A stretch of DNA of 48,489 bases from Dongiaceae bacterium (GTDB lineage Bacteria > Pseudomonadota > Alphaproteobacteria > Dongiales > Dongiaceae): contig DASXQK010000220.1 of assembly GCA_036493015.1 (NCBI GenBank), positions 1 to 48,489 on the forward strand, read 5' to 3'. Under the pieces are notes generated by a model that saw nothing but the letters and a program-made list of their open reading frames with translations, was not told the DNA's origin and did no database searches. Positions 36,683 to 45,159 of the stretch are shown here, one piece after another. The position numbers and the translations under genes are program-made. Numbering within the stretch: the stretch's first letter is position 1; every line of letters begins with the position of its first letter.

Positions 36683-37662
36683 GGCGGTTGTTCGTCGCCT
36701 CCGAACGGGGACCGCTGCGGCTGGCCCTCATCGGCGCCGACAATCGCCTAGAAGGCGTTTGGCAGTTCAGCGCCGGGCGCGAGAGCCTGGTGGGCGAGCG
36801 GTTTCTCGGCCGCGTGCTGACCGTCGATCGAGGGTTGGGAACGGCCTTCGTCGATATCGGTCTGGCGAAGCCCGGATTCCTGCCGCTCTCTGCATCACCC
36901 ACGCCACCGGTAGAAGGCCAGGCGGTGACGGTGGAAGTCTCCCGCGATCCCGTTGGCGGCAAGGGCGCGCGGCTGAACGGGCGGATCGGCGAGGCTGTCG
37001 CCTTGCCGGCCGGCTCGCGGCCGCCGATGCGCCTGAGCCATGATGGCCCGCTGCGCCGGTTGATCGGCAGGTTGGGCGGCGAGGTTTCAGTTCATGCCGA
37101 TACGCGCCGCGTGGCGGAAGAACTGGCCGCGCTGGCTGTAGACGTCCCCGTCGGCCGGAAGATATCCGTCGAGCATCGTCCCCAGCGAGATTGGCCCCTC
37201 AGCATGGTGGAGATCGAAAGCGAGATCGCCGCAGCCCTTGAGCCAAAGGTGGAACTTCACTCCGGCGCCTGGCTTCTGTTTGAGCCCGGACAGACGCTGA
37301 CGGCTGTCGATGTCAACAGCGGCACGGCCCAAGGGAGTGCTACGAGCAGCAATGGCGAGCGGCTGTGGCTCAAGATCAATCTCGAGGCGGCAAAAGAGAT
37401 TGCCCGGCAATTGCGCCTTCGCCATATCGGCGGAATCATCGTGGTGGACTTCATCGATGTGAAGGATGCCGTGGCGCGCCGCCAGGTGAGCGAAGCGTTG
37501 CGCCAGGCGGTGGCAGACGATTGGGAGCCCTGCTGGGTCGGCGGCATGTCGCGGCTGGGTCTGGTGGAGATGACGCGCCGGCGCGGCGGGCCGACGCTGG
37601 CGGAAATGTGGGCGCCGAAAATGCCCCCGGAAATGGGAAGCGAGAAGGGAAAGGACAAATGA
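36679..37662 (+). CDS. Ribonuclease E/G family protein (short form)
   Basis: The ATG at 36679 overlaps the maf stop (ATGA). LTAVDVNSG and IGGIIVVDFIDV match RNase E/G catalytic-core motifs. Confidence 0.75.
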   Translation: MRRLFVASERGPLRLALIGADNRLEGVWQFSAGRESLVGERFLGRVLTVDRGLGTAFVDIGLAKPGFLPLSASPTPPVEGQAVTVEVSRDPVGGKGARLNGRIGEAVALPAGSRPPMRLSHDGPLRRLIGRLGGEVSVHADTRRVAEELAALAVDVPVGRKISVEHRPQRDWPLSMVEIESEIAAALEPKVELHSGAWLLFEPGQTLTAVDVNSGTAQGSATSSNGERLWLKINLEAAKEIARQLRLRHIGGIIVVDFIDVKDAVARRQVSEALRQAVADDWEPCWVGGMSRLGLVEMTRRRGGPTLAEMWAPKMPPEMGSEKGKDK

Positions 37663-37895
37663 ACGACAAGATCGCCGATCTCGCGGCACTGCGGGCGAAA
37701 AAGCGGCAGGCGAAACGAAAATGTCCGGTCTGCCGCAAGCCCGCGAGCGAGGGTTCGCGTCCCTTCTGCTCCGAACATTGCCGCAGGGTCGATCTCGATC
37801 GCTGGCGCACCGAGGCCTATCGCATTCCGGTGGAAGAGAACGATGAGGAAGACAGCGCACCGAAACCTGCGGAAGAGACCGAAGAAGAGAGCTAA
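37659..37895 (+). CDS. yacG: DNA gyrase inhibitor YacG (zinc finger)
   Basis: 78 aa with CPVCRKP...PFCSEHCRRVDLDRW and an acidic tail. ATGA overlap with the upstream gene. Confidence 0.8.
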   Translation: MNDKIADLAALRAKKRQAKRKCPVCRKPASEGSRPFCSEHCRRVDLDRWRTEAYRIPVEENDEEDSAPKPAEETEEES

Positions 37896-40333
37896 GCCTT
37901 GATCCGCGCCATCGTCGGATCGTAGAGCGCATTCATGTGAAGGTCGGCCGGCACGCGTTCGTTGGCGACTTCCAGCTCGTACCGGCCTGAGGCCAGCCAG
38001 TCGGTAGGCACTCCTTCCTTGTTGCGCACATAGCCGAAGCCGATGTTCTTGGCGACGGTATATCCCCAGCCCGCGCCCGTCAGCCAGCCGACCTGTTTGC
38101 CGTCGCGAAAGATCGTCTCGCGTCCCAGCAGCACGATTTCCGGGCTGTCCACGGTGAAACAGGCGAGGCGCTTGGGCGGTGGCTTTTCGCCCTGCGCCAC
38201 CAGCGCCTCGCGGCCGAGGAAGGGCGTGTTCCGCTTCAGTTTCACCGCCCAGCCAAGGCCCGCCTCCAGCGGCGTGTGGTCGGGTCCGATGTCAGAGCCC
38301 CAGGCGCGATAGCCCTTTTCCAGCCGCAGGGATTCGATGGCACGATAGCCGGCATTGGCGATGCCGTGCTTTTTGCCCGCGGCCGACAGCGCCTCATAGA
38401 CGGCAAGCGCCGTTTCGACTGGCATATGCAATTCCCAGCCGAGCTCGCCGACATAGGTGATGCGCAAAGCCCGTACGGTCGCGCCTGCGATCCTGATTTC
38501 GCGCCAGCGGCCGAAGGGGAACGCGGCGTTGGAAACATCGGCGTCGGCGACAGTATCCAGGACCTCGCGCGAGCGTGGGCCCATCAGCGACAGCACCGCA
38601 TAGGCCGAGGTCACATCGCGCAGCCGCACATCGAGGCCGCCGGGGATGTTGGCCTTGATCCAGGCGAAGTCGTGGGTCGCAAAGCCGGTGCCGGTGACGA
38701 TGTAATAGCGATCTTCGGCCAGGCGCGAGACGGTGAGATCGCATTCGATGCCGCCGCGCTTGTTCAGCATCTGGGTATAGACGAGGCTGCCCACCGGCTT
38801 TGACACGTCGTTTGATGCGATCCATGAGAGCGCCGCTTCGGCGTGGGGACCGCTGACCTCGAATTTGGCGAATGAGGTCTGATCGAAAATCACCACCCGC
38901 TCACGGCAGGCGCGATGCTCCTCGCCCACGGGAGCGAACCAGTTCTGCCGGCCGTAGCTATAGATATCGCGCGCTTGCGTGCCGGCCGGCGCGAACCAGT
39001 TCGGCCGTTCCCACCCGAGCTTGGAACCGAAGCAGGCACCTTGGGCCTTGAGGCGATCATAGAGCGGGGAGACGCGCGCCGGCCGGCCGCTCTCATACTC
39101 TTCATGGGGCCAGGCCATGGTGTAGTGCTTGCCATAGGCTTCCAGCGTGCGGGTCAGGACCCAGCGCCGGTCGCGCTGGAGCTGGCCGAAGCGGCGGATA
39201 TCCACGGGCCAGAGATCCATCGGCGCTTCGCCCGCGGCAATCCACTCCGCCAGCGCACGGCCGGCGCCGCCGGCGCTCGCGATTCCGAAAGCGTTGAAGC
39301 CGGCGCCGACGAAATAGTTCGGGACTTCCGGCGCCTCGCCCAGGATGAAGTTGCCGTCGGGGGTGAAGGATTCCGGCCCGTTGATGAAGCGCTTGATGCC
39401 GGCGGTCTCCAGCGCCGGCACACGAGCCAGCGCCTGGGTCATCAGCGGCTCGAAATGATCGGAGTTGGAATCCAGCAGCGCAAAGTGAAACCCCTCGGGA
39501 ATGCCGTCGAGCGCCCAGGGAATGGGATTGGGTTCATAGCCGCCCATGACCAGGCCACCGACCTCTTCTTTGAAATAGATGAGGCGATCGGGATCGCGCA
39601 GTGTGGGCAGGTCGCGCGGCACGCCGGAAATCGGCTCCGTCACCAGATACTGATGCTGCACCGATTGCAGCGGCACCGAGACGCCCGAAAGCAAGCCAAC
39701 TTCGCGCGCCCATTGCCCGGCGCAGTTGACCACGATGGCACAGCGGATCGGCCCTTGCGGCGTCGCGACGCCGAAGACCTCGCCATTGCGGATCTCCACG
39801 GACGTGACGGAGCAATCCTCGATGAACTGCGCGCCGCCGGCCCGCGCACCCTTGGCCAGCGCCTGGGCGATATCGGCGGGATTGGCCTGGCCATCGGTCG
39901 GCAGGAAGGCTGCTCCCACCAGATCCGAGATATCCATGATGGGCCAGAGCTTCTTGGCTTCGGCGGGCGTCAGCAGTTCCATCTCGAGACCGAAGCTGTG
40001 GGCCGTGGTCGCCTGGCGCTTGATCTCCGTCATGCGCTCGGCATTGCAGGCAAGCCGCAATCCGCCATTACGCTTCCAGCCTGTCGCCTGGCCCGTCTCG
40101 GCTTCGAGGCGGTCGTAAAGCTCGACGCTGTATTTCAGCAGCTGGGTGATGTTGGCCGAGCTGCGCAGCTGGCCCACAAGCCCCGCCGCATGCCAGGTGG
40201 AACCGCTGGTGAGCTTGGCACGCTCCAGCACCACCACGTCGTTCCAGCCGAGCTTGACCAGGTGATAGGCCGTGCTGCAGCCGATAATGCCGCCGCCGAT
40301 AATGACGATGCGCGCCTGGGTGGGGAAAGCCAT
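37892..40333 (-). CDS. FAD-dependent oxidoreductase fused to GcvT-type aminomethyltransferase domain (dimethylglycine/sarcosine dehydrogenase-like)
   Basis: 813 aa with N-terminal IVIIGGGIIGCSTAYHL (DAO domain). The C-terminal half has the folate-binding GcvT-like pattern (FDQTSFAKFEVSGPHA...ITYVGELGWELH). Confidence 0.8.
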   Translation of the reverse strand: MAFPTQARIVIIGGGIIGCSTAYHLVKLGWNDVVVLERAKLTSGSTWHAAGLVGQLRSSANITQLLKYSVELYDRLEAETGQATGWKRNGGLRLACNAERMTEIKRQATTAHSFGLEMELLTPAEAKKLWPIMDISDLVGAAFLPTDGQANPADIAQALAKGARAGGAQFIEDCSVTSVEIRNGEVFGVATPQGPIRCAIVVNCAGQWAREVGLLSGVSVPLQSVQHQYLVTEPISGVPRDLPTLRDPDRLIYFKEEVGGLVMGGYEPNPIPWALDGIPEGFHFALLDSNSDHFEPLMTQALARVPALETAGIKRFINGPESFTPDGNFILGEAPEVPNYFVGAGFNAFGIASAGGAGRALAEWIAAGEAPMDLWPVDIRRFGQLQRDRRWVLTRTLEAYGKHYTMAWPHEEYESGRPARVSPLYDRLKAQGACFGSKLGWERPNWFAPAGTQARDIYSYGRQNWFAPVGEEHRACRERVVIFDQTSFAKFEVSGPHAEAALSWIASNDVSKPVGSLVYTQMLNKRGGIECDLTVSRLAEDRYYIVTGTGFATHDFAWIKANIPGGLDVRLRDVTSAYAVLSLMGPRSREVLDTVADADVSNAAFPFGRWREIRIAGATVRALRITYVGELGWELHMPVETALAVYEALSAAGKKHGIANAGYRAIESLRLEKGYRAWGSDIGPDHTPLEAGLGWAVKLKRNTPFLGREALVAQGEKPPPKRLACFTVDSPEIVLLGRETIFRDGKQVGWLTGAGWGYTVAKNIGFGYVRNKEGVPTDWLASGRYELEVANERVPADLHMNALYDPTMARIKA

Positions 40334-40340
40334 GATCTCC

Positions 40341-41225
40341 TCAAACCTGTTTGAGCGCGGCGAAGGCGCGTTCGAAGCGCGCCAGGTAATCGGCGGTGTA
40401 GGCGGCGTAGTCGAAGGCGATGGTGGAATGGGCTTCCGACACCATGCCCCACATCGTCTCGCGCAACAGCGAGGCGCATTTCATCGCCCGATACCGCCGT
40501 TCGAGATCGGCGGTCAACGGCTTCCGGAAATATTCCTCCAGCAGCCAGCGCTCATCGTCCGGCTCGATCTCGTTGTTGGAGGCAAGATTGCCCAGATCGA
40601 AGAGCGGGCTGTTGAAGCCGGCATAGTCCCAATCGATCAGCCAGAGGCGCTTGCCGTCATCGATGAAGTTGGCCGGCAGCAGATCGTTATGTCCGAAAAC
40701 GACATCGATAGGCCCCACCATGGCTTCGAGCTCGGCTGCCGCATCGAGCAGATGGGCAAGTTTGTCGACGTGATGGCTCTTCGCTTCGCGAAGGCTCCCG
40801 GCATAGTCCTGCGCAATATGGAAGACCCAGAAGATGAGGGCCGGTCCGCGCAGATGTTTGGGCAGCTCGACATGGCAGCGGCGGATCAAGGGGAGGATTC
40901 GCGTCAGCATGGCGTGCGGGCGCACATCCTCGGCGGCCAGCGTCTTGCCCTCGATGAAGCGGAAGACGATGGCGCCGGGCTCGTTATGGATGACGGCAGG
41001 TGAGAGTCCCGCCGCCGCGGCGGCGCGGCTCGCCGCCAGCTCATTGAACCGCATCACCTGATGCACGGGAATATCGTCGCCGATGCGCACGACGAAACGT
41101 TCGCCCCGGTCGCGCACGGTGAAATTCTTGTTGGTGATTCCGCCGGTCAGGGGCTCAGGCGAAACGCGTCCCGACCAGCAGGAAAGCGCCGCCGCCCGGG
41201 CGATGGGGTCCTTCTCGGCCGTCAT
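40341..41225 (-). CDS. Choline/ethanolamine kinase family phosphotransferase (APH fold)
   Basis: 294 aa with Brenner-type catalytic loop FGHNDLLPANFI and choline-kinase motif LIDWDYAGFNSPLFDLGN. Confidence 0.75.
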   Translation of the reverse strand: MTAEKDPIARAAALSCWSGRVSPEPLTGGITNKNFTVRDRGERFVVRIGDDIPVHQVMRFNELAASRAAAAAGLSPAVIHNEPGAIVFRFIEGKTLAAEDVRPHAMLTRILPLIRRCHVELPKHLRGPALIFWVFHIAQDYAGSLREAKSHHVDKLAHLLDAAAELEAMVGPIDVVFGHNDLLPANFIDDGKRLWLIDWDYAGFNSPLFDLGNLASNNEIEPDDERWLLEEYFRKPLTADLERRYRAMKCASLLRETMWGMVSEAHSTIAFDYAAYTADYLARFERAFAALKQV

Positions 41226-41422
41226 TTGGATTGCGCGCCCCCGCTTGCCGCAGCCCGCGGCGAAGACCGCGGTTTTGCCCAGTATCCTATAGGCTTAGGG
41301 CCGGTGCATCTGCCAATTGGAAGAGCGATTCCGGCGTCTGGACAGCCCAAGGTGGATTCTCTATAAGCGCTAGCCCGCTGGACGCCTCTTGTTGTTTGAC
41401 ATGAGGCGATCAGACGCTTGGC

Positions 41423-41498
41423 GCCCAGGTAGCTCAGTTGGTAGAGCACGTGACTGAAAATCACGGTGTCGCTGGTTCAATTCCGGCCCTGGGCACCA
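41423..41498 (+). tRNA. tRNA-Phe (anticodon GAA)
   Basis: 76 nt cloverleaf. Acceptor stem is GCCCAGG/CCTGGGC, D arm GCTC-AGTTGGT-AGAGC, anticodon stem CGTGA/TCACG with loop CTGAAAA, and T arm GCTGG-TTCAATT-CCGGC. The 3' CCA is encoded. Confidence 0.95.
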
Positions 41499-41548
41499 CA
41501 GCGCTTTGACCTGCGCGTATGGCCAATTCAAGCCGAGAAACTCCTGCC

Positions 41549-42787
41549 CTATGCGGATGGAATCGCCTGCCGCAATTCGCCCGCCGCCGCCCGATCCTTA
41601 CGCGGCCAGATCACGATGGCGAGATAGGGAATCAATATCAGGGCGCCCAGTTCGATGAGATTGTTGTGATAGGCCCATCTGGTCACCTGCGATCCGACCA
41701 AGTCGTTCGATGAGGCCGTGGCCAGCAGGAAGCTGAGGGCGAGCAGTGCCAATCCCAACCCCTTCGTGCGCCGGTCGCGCAGCCAATAGGCGGTCAGCAG
41801 CGTATAGGGCAGCAGCAAGCTCACGTAATGCGACCGGCTGGTCATGGGCGAGAGCATGAGCATGGCAATGAGAACCAGCGCCCCCTCGGCCGGGATCGTG
41901 TCGGGGCGGCGGGCCGAGCGCAGGAGCAGCAGCCCGACGGCGACGACGAACAGCAGTTGCACGCCGTGGAGCACGAGGGGGAAATCGGCCTGCAGGAATG
42001 TGCCGTCGACCAGCCGGGCGACGGCCCCGTGGATCGAGTGGTTGAGAGGGTTGGTGCCGGCAAAGAACCCCGTGTTGACGTTTGCCGCGCCTTCGTTCAG
42101 CGCGCCGGCGCCGATGTTCCGCAGCCAGGCCACAAAATAGCTGCCGCCGCCTTCCTGGGTGAAGAACAAGTCCGGCAGGAAGGATGCGCCCAGGAAGACC
42201 ACGGTGAAGGCAAGGGCCGCGGCGAAGCGCCGCCGCAACAGCAAATACGGCAAGAAGAGGAGGGGCGTGGCCTTGAGCGCGGCGGCCACCGCCAGCGATG
42301 TGCCGCCGGCAAGATCGCGCCCGCGCGTCAGGCAGAGAAGGCCGCAGAGGATCGCCGGCAGGACAAACAGGTCATAGGCCTGGTTTTCATAGACGGCGAG
42401 AATGAATTTCAGGCTGAGGACCAGGCTTATCAGGCGCAGATGGATCAGATCGCGCTCTGGCCATGGGCCCGGGACCAGTTGGCGCGCCAGCGCCTCGGCC
42501 AGCCGATAGGAAAGAATTGTCGCGCCCAGGGTGATCAGATACCAGCCCAGATTCCAGACGAAGTCGGAAACCAGGGCGAAGGGAATCATGGTGAAGGCAA
42601 ACACCGGCGGATAGGTGAACATCGGCGCACAGGTATTCAGCGCCTGTTGGCGCAGCATGCAGTCGCCGCCGAAGGGGTAGAGCGCCATCCCTTCCCCATG
42701 CTGGGAGAAGCGGTGGAAATAGAAAATCGCCGCCGCGATGAACACGAGCCAGAGCCCGTGGCGCCGGAACAGTTCACCGCGATTCAT
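41549..42787 (-). CDS. Polytopic membrane glycosyltransferase-like protein (DUF2029 / GT87, GT-C fold)
   Basis: I chose the start at 42787 (MNRGELFRRHG...). It is ~412 aa with >=10 TM helices, and its early loop and overall architecture resemble DUF2029 polyprenyl-phosphate-sugar-dependent transferases. Confidence 0.6.
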   Translation of the reverse strand: MNRGELFRRHGLWLVFIAAAIFYFHRFSQHGEGMALYPFGGDCMLRQQALNTCAPMFTYPPVFAFTMIPFALVSDFVWNLGWYLITLGATILSYRLAEALARQLVPGPWPERDLIHLRLISLVLSLKFILAVYENQAYDLFVLPAILCGLLCLTRGRDLAGGTSLAVAAALKATPLLFLPYLLLRRRFAAALAFTVVFLGASFLPDLFFTQEGGGSYFVAWLRNIGAGALNEGAANVNTGFFAGTNPLNHSIHGAVARLVDGTFLQADFPLVLHGVQLLFVVAVGLLLLRSARRPDTIPAEGALVLIAMLMLSPMTSRSHYVSLLLPYTLLTAYWLRDRRTKGLGLALLALSFLLATASSNDLVGSQVTRWAYHNNLIELGALILIPYLAIVIWPRKDRAAAGELRQAIPSA

Positions 42788-43046
42788 GCCCCTCGCTCTC
42801 CCCGATCCCCGGCGTCCGGCCTCATCCGGCCCGTCGCATCGCATCGCCAGTCTTATAGCGGATCGACGCCGCTACCGCATGTAAAACGCGGGAACCACGG
42901 CAGCGAAAAACGGCCGTATGGATAAGGGGCGGGCGGCCTGTTCTGCTGGGCCGGCGCCTTGTCCGAAATCAAACGCTCAGGCCCAGGTTTTGCCCCGCCT
43001 CGTTCATTGTGGAAACGGGACACTCGATTGCCCACCACATCGGATA

Positions 43047-43211
43047 TCAGAGGATTATCGGACTGAGTACCTTGGCCTTGGCCGGCTTCGCGGTGACCGA
43101 GAGAAGCAAGGTTATCGCGGGCGGCGTTACCGCCGCAAAGCGAGCGAGCTTTTTCAGCGCCGTCCGCCGATCTTCTGCAGCGTGAGTGGAGGCTTCTTCG
43201 GCATCGGTCAT
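43047..43211 (-). CDS. Small ORF A (54 aa) with twin-arginine-like conserved leader
   Basis: MTDAEEASTHAAEDRRTALKKLARFAAVTPPAITLLLSVTAKPAKAKVLSPIIL. It shares a 29-residue block with ORF B (43748..44035), 19/29 identical, and 13 of the identical residues use different synonymous codons. Confidence 0.55.
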   Translation of the reverse strand: MTDAEEASTHAAEDRRTALKKLARFAAVTPPAITLLLSVTAKPAKAKVLSPIIL

Positions 43212-43449
43212 AAGGCCACTCGGGCTCCCCGCGTTAAGGTTCGCGACGCTAAACCTCGACCGAGTCCCGCACAACCTGAAACGTTAATTGCAAAAACTTA
43301 ACAACAAGCCGGCATCGGATCGCGATCATGCGACATCTCTGCCACAGCTGCGCCAAAATTGTCGATGGCCTTCATTTCGCCCTTCCGTGACTCGCTCAAG
43401 ACGCGAATAATTTTTCCGCGCGTAACAAACATGGTGGGGAAACCAATCG

Positions 43450-43644
43450 ATGGCTAGCTGGCTTGTGGTTTTCGGCTTCTGGGGCTTCAGTGCCCTGATT
43501 TGCCTGCCCGTCCTGATGGGAGGGGCTGCGGCGCTCACAGCTTTTGCGTTTCTTTTCCTGCTTCTGGTATTGAGCACATATCTTTACTCCGCGAGCTTTG
43601 CGTCGCTGGTAAATCGGCTGATGGGCCGGCGCCGGACGACCTAA
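43450..43644 (+). CDS. Small 2-TM membrane protein (64 aa)
   Basis: MASWLVVFGFWGFSALICLPVLMGGAAALTAFAFLFLLLVLSTYLYSASFASLVNRLMGRRRTT has two hydrophobic helices and a basic C-terminus. GGGGA lies ~9 nt upstream of the ATG. Confidence 0.45.
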   Translation: MASWLVVFGFWGFSALICLPVLMGGAAALTAFAFLFLLLVLSTYLYSASFASLVNRLMGRRRTT

Positions 43645-43747
43645 GGGCAAGCACGAGTCTTCGCCAGTTTGCGACAGTCGATGTATTGCTGAGGATCGTG
43701 GCCGGGCGTAGGCTCAGGGCGACCCAAATTCATGTCGGGGGATTCAC

Positions 43748-44035
43748 ATGGCCAAGACCGATAAGACGGACAGCGTACGGGCGGGGGCTGGGAAGTCGGG
43801 CAAAGACAAACAGCGCCGGGTGCTGCTGAAAAAACTCGGGCGGTTCGCTGCCGTATCGGCACCGACGGTGACACTTCTGTTGGCCGCCAAAGCAAAGCCA
43901 GGTGTTGCACAAACATCAGGCTGCATTCCGGCGCCAAGCAGCAGCAGAGCGTTCAAGACCCGCATCGGGCCAGTCCATGGGGCTGCGGTTCTGGCCGCTG
44001 TCACGACTTTGCCGATCAAGCTGCGGCACGGGTAG
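43748..44035 (+). CDS. Small ORF B (95 aa) with the same twin-arginine-like conserved leader as ORF A
   Basis: MAKTDKTDSVRAGAGKSGKDKQRRVLLKKLGRFAAVSAPTVTLLLAAKAKPGVAQTSGCIPAPSSS... GGGGGA lies 6 nt upstream of the ATG. The leader block is conserved with ORF A at the protein level but not the codon level. Confidence 0.6.
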   Translation: MAKTDKTDSVRAGAGKSGKDKQRRVLLKKLGRFAAVSAPTVTLLLAAKAKPGVAQTSGCIPAPSSSRAFKTRIGPVHGAAVLAAVTTLPIKLRHG

Positions 44036-44206
44036 CAACCCGGCTGAGCAAACCGGCCGTCGAGCGTCGACGGTCGAAGTCCTCACAGCATGCCGGGCAA
44101 GTCTTTTCACTTGCTCGGCCGCTGGTGGAAGTTTGTCCGGGCCGCTGATTCCGCTGGCGGCCGGATGGGCCTGTCAGACCGCAACTCCAGCGCCTAGATT
44201 TGCAGC

Positions 44207-45145
44207 ATGGCGGCGTCCGCGACGATCACCTTTATCCTGAATCATCGGGCCGGTACGGGCCGCGCGCTGGAACTGCAAGCCACCATCGAGAAACTGGCGC
44301 AAGGAACCGGGCTCGCCGCGCACATCCTTATGGCGAAAGAAGGCGCCGATCTAGCAGAGCTGGCGCGCAAAGCAGTGAGAGACGGTGCGCGATCCGTCAT
44401 CGCCGGCGGCGGTGATGGAACGGTCAGCGCCATTGCCGGTGCGCTGGTCGGCTCCGAGGTTTCGCTTGGCGTACTGCCGCTGGGCACGCTCAATCACTTC
44501 GCCAAGGATATGGGCTTGCCGCTCGGCGAGGAAGACGCGGTGCGCGCAGCACTGGCGGCCCATCTGGCATCGGTCGATGTCGGCGAGGTCAATGGGCGCA
44601 TCTTCCTCAACAATTCGAGCATCGGCCTTTATCCCCGGATCGTTCGCTTCCGTGACGCCGAACGCCGCAAGGGCCGCAACAAATGGCTCGCCTTCCTCCA
44701 CGCCATTTTTTCCATCCTGCGCCGGCATGGTCTGTTCCATGTCGAACTGCAGATCGATGACATCCAATCCGTGTCGCGGCGCACGGCCTTCGTCTTCATG
44801 GGCAACAACGAGTATGAAAAGACCGGGCTCAATATCGGTGCCCGGCTGCGGCTGGACGGCGGCAGTCTCTGGCTATGCCTTCCGCGGCGAGGTGGTCGGG
44901 CCGATCTGCTGCGGCTGGCGGTTCTGGCTCTGCTCGGCCGGCTACAGGATCGCGATCTCCAATGCCTCACCGCCGCCGCGGTGGCGATAAAAACCCACAA
45001 GAAGCAGCTCGACGTCGCGCTGGATGGCGAGGTCTTTCGCATGACCGTGCCGCTCGCCTATCGCATCCGCCGCCGCGCGCTCAAGGTGATTGTGCCGGCG
45101 GCCGCCGATGGCGCCAAAGAAAAAGCCTCGCCGAAGCGGGGCTGA
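44207..45145 (+). CDS. Diacylglycerol kinase catalytic-domain family lipid kinase (YegS/BmrU-like)
   Basis: 312 aa with VIAGGGDGTVSAIAGAL and LGVLPLGTLNHFAKDMGLP, hallmarks of the DAGK_cat family. Confidence 0.8.
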   Translation: MAASATITFILNHRAGTGRALELQATIEKLAQGTGLAAHILMAKEGADLAELARKAVRDGARSVIAGGGDGTVSAIAGALVGSEVSLGVLPLGTLNHFAKDMGLPLGEEDAVRAALAAHLASVDVGEVNGRIFLNNSSIGLYPRIVRFRDAERRKGRNKWLAFLHAIFSILRRHGLFHVELQIDDIQSVSRRTAFVFMGNNEYEKTGLNIGARLRLDGGSLWLCLPRRGGRADLLRLAVLALLGRLQDRDLQCLTAAAVAIKTHKKQLDVALDGEVFRMTVPLAYRIRRRALKVIVPAAADGAKEKASPKRG

Positions 45146-45159
45146 GTGACCGCGTGATG

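Noticed and set aside
43326-43650. Minus-strand ORFs 43326..43577 and 43396..43650 overlap the 64-aa 2-TM ORF.
   Set aside because: They are basic and low-complexity translations without start-site support. The plus-strand frame gives two clean TM helices and has an SD-like GGGGA.
43934-44145. The tail of small ORF B (SSRAFKTRIGPVHGAAVLAAVTTLPI) loosely resembles the S-D-x-R-x-K-x-x-I-x-P start of peptidase S74 / tail-fibre intramolecular chaperone domains. A shifted frame downstream reads SQHAGQVFSLARPLV. Together these would suggest a decayed larger gene.
   Set aside because: The match is only a handful of positions and lacks the conserved Asp. The downstream frames do not continue convincingly. 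It is kept as the main alternative explanation for ORF B rather than a call.
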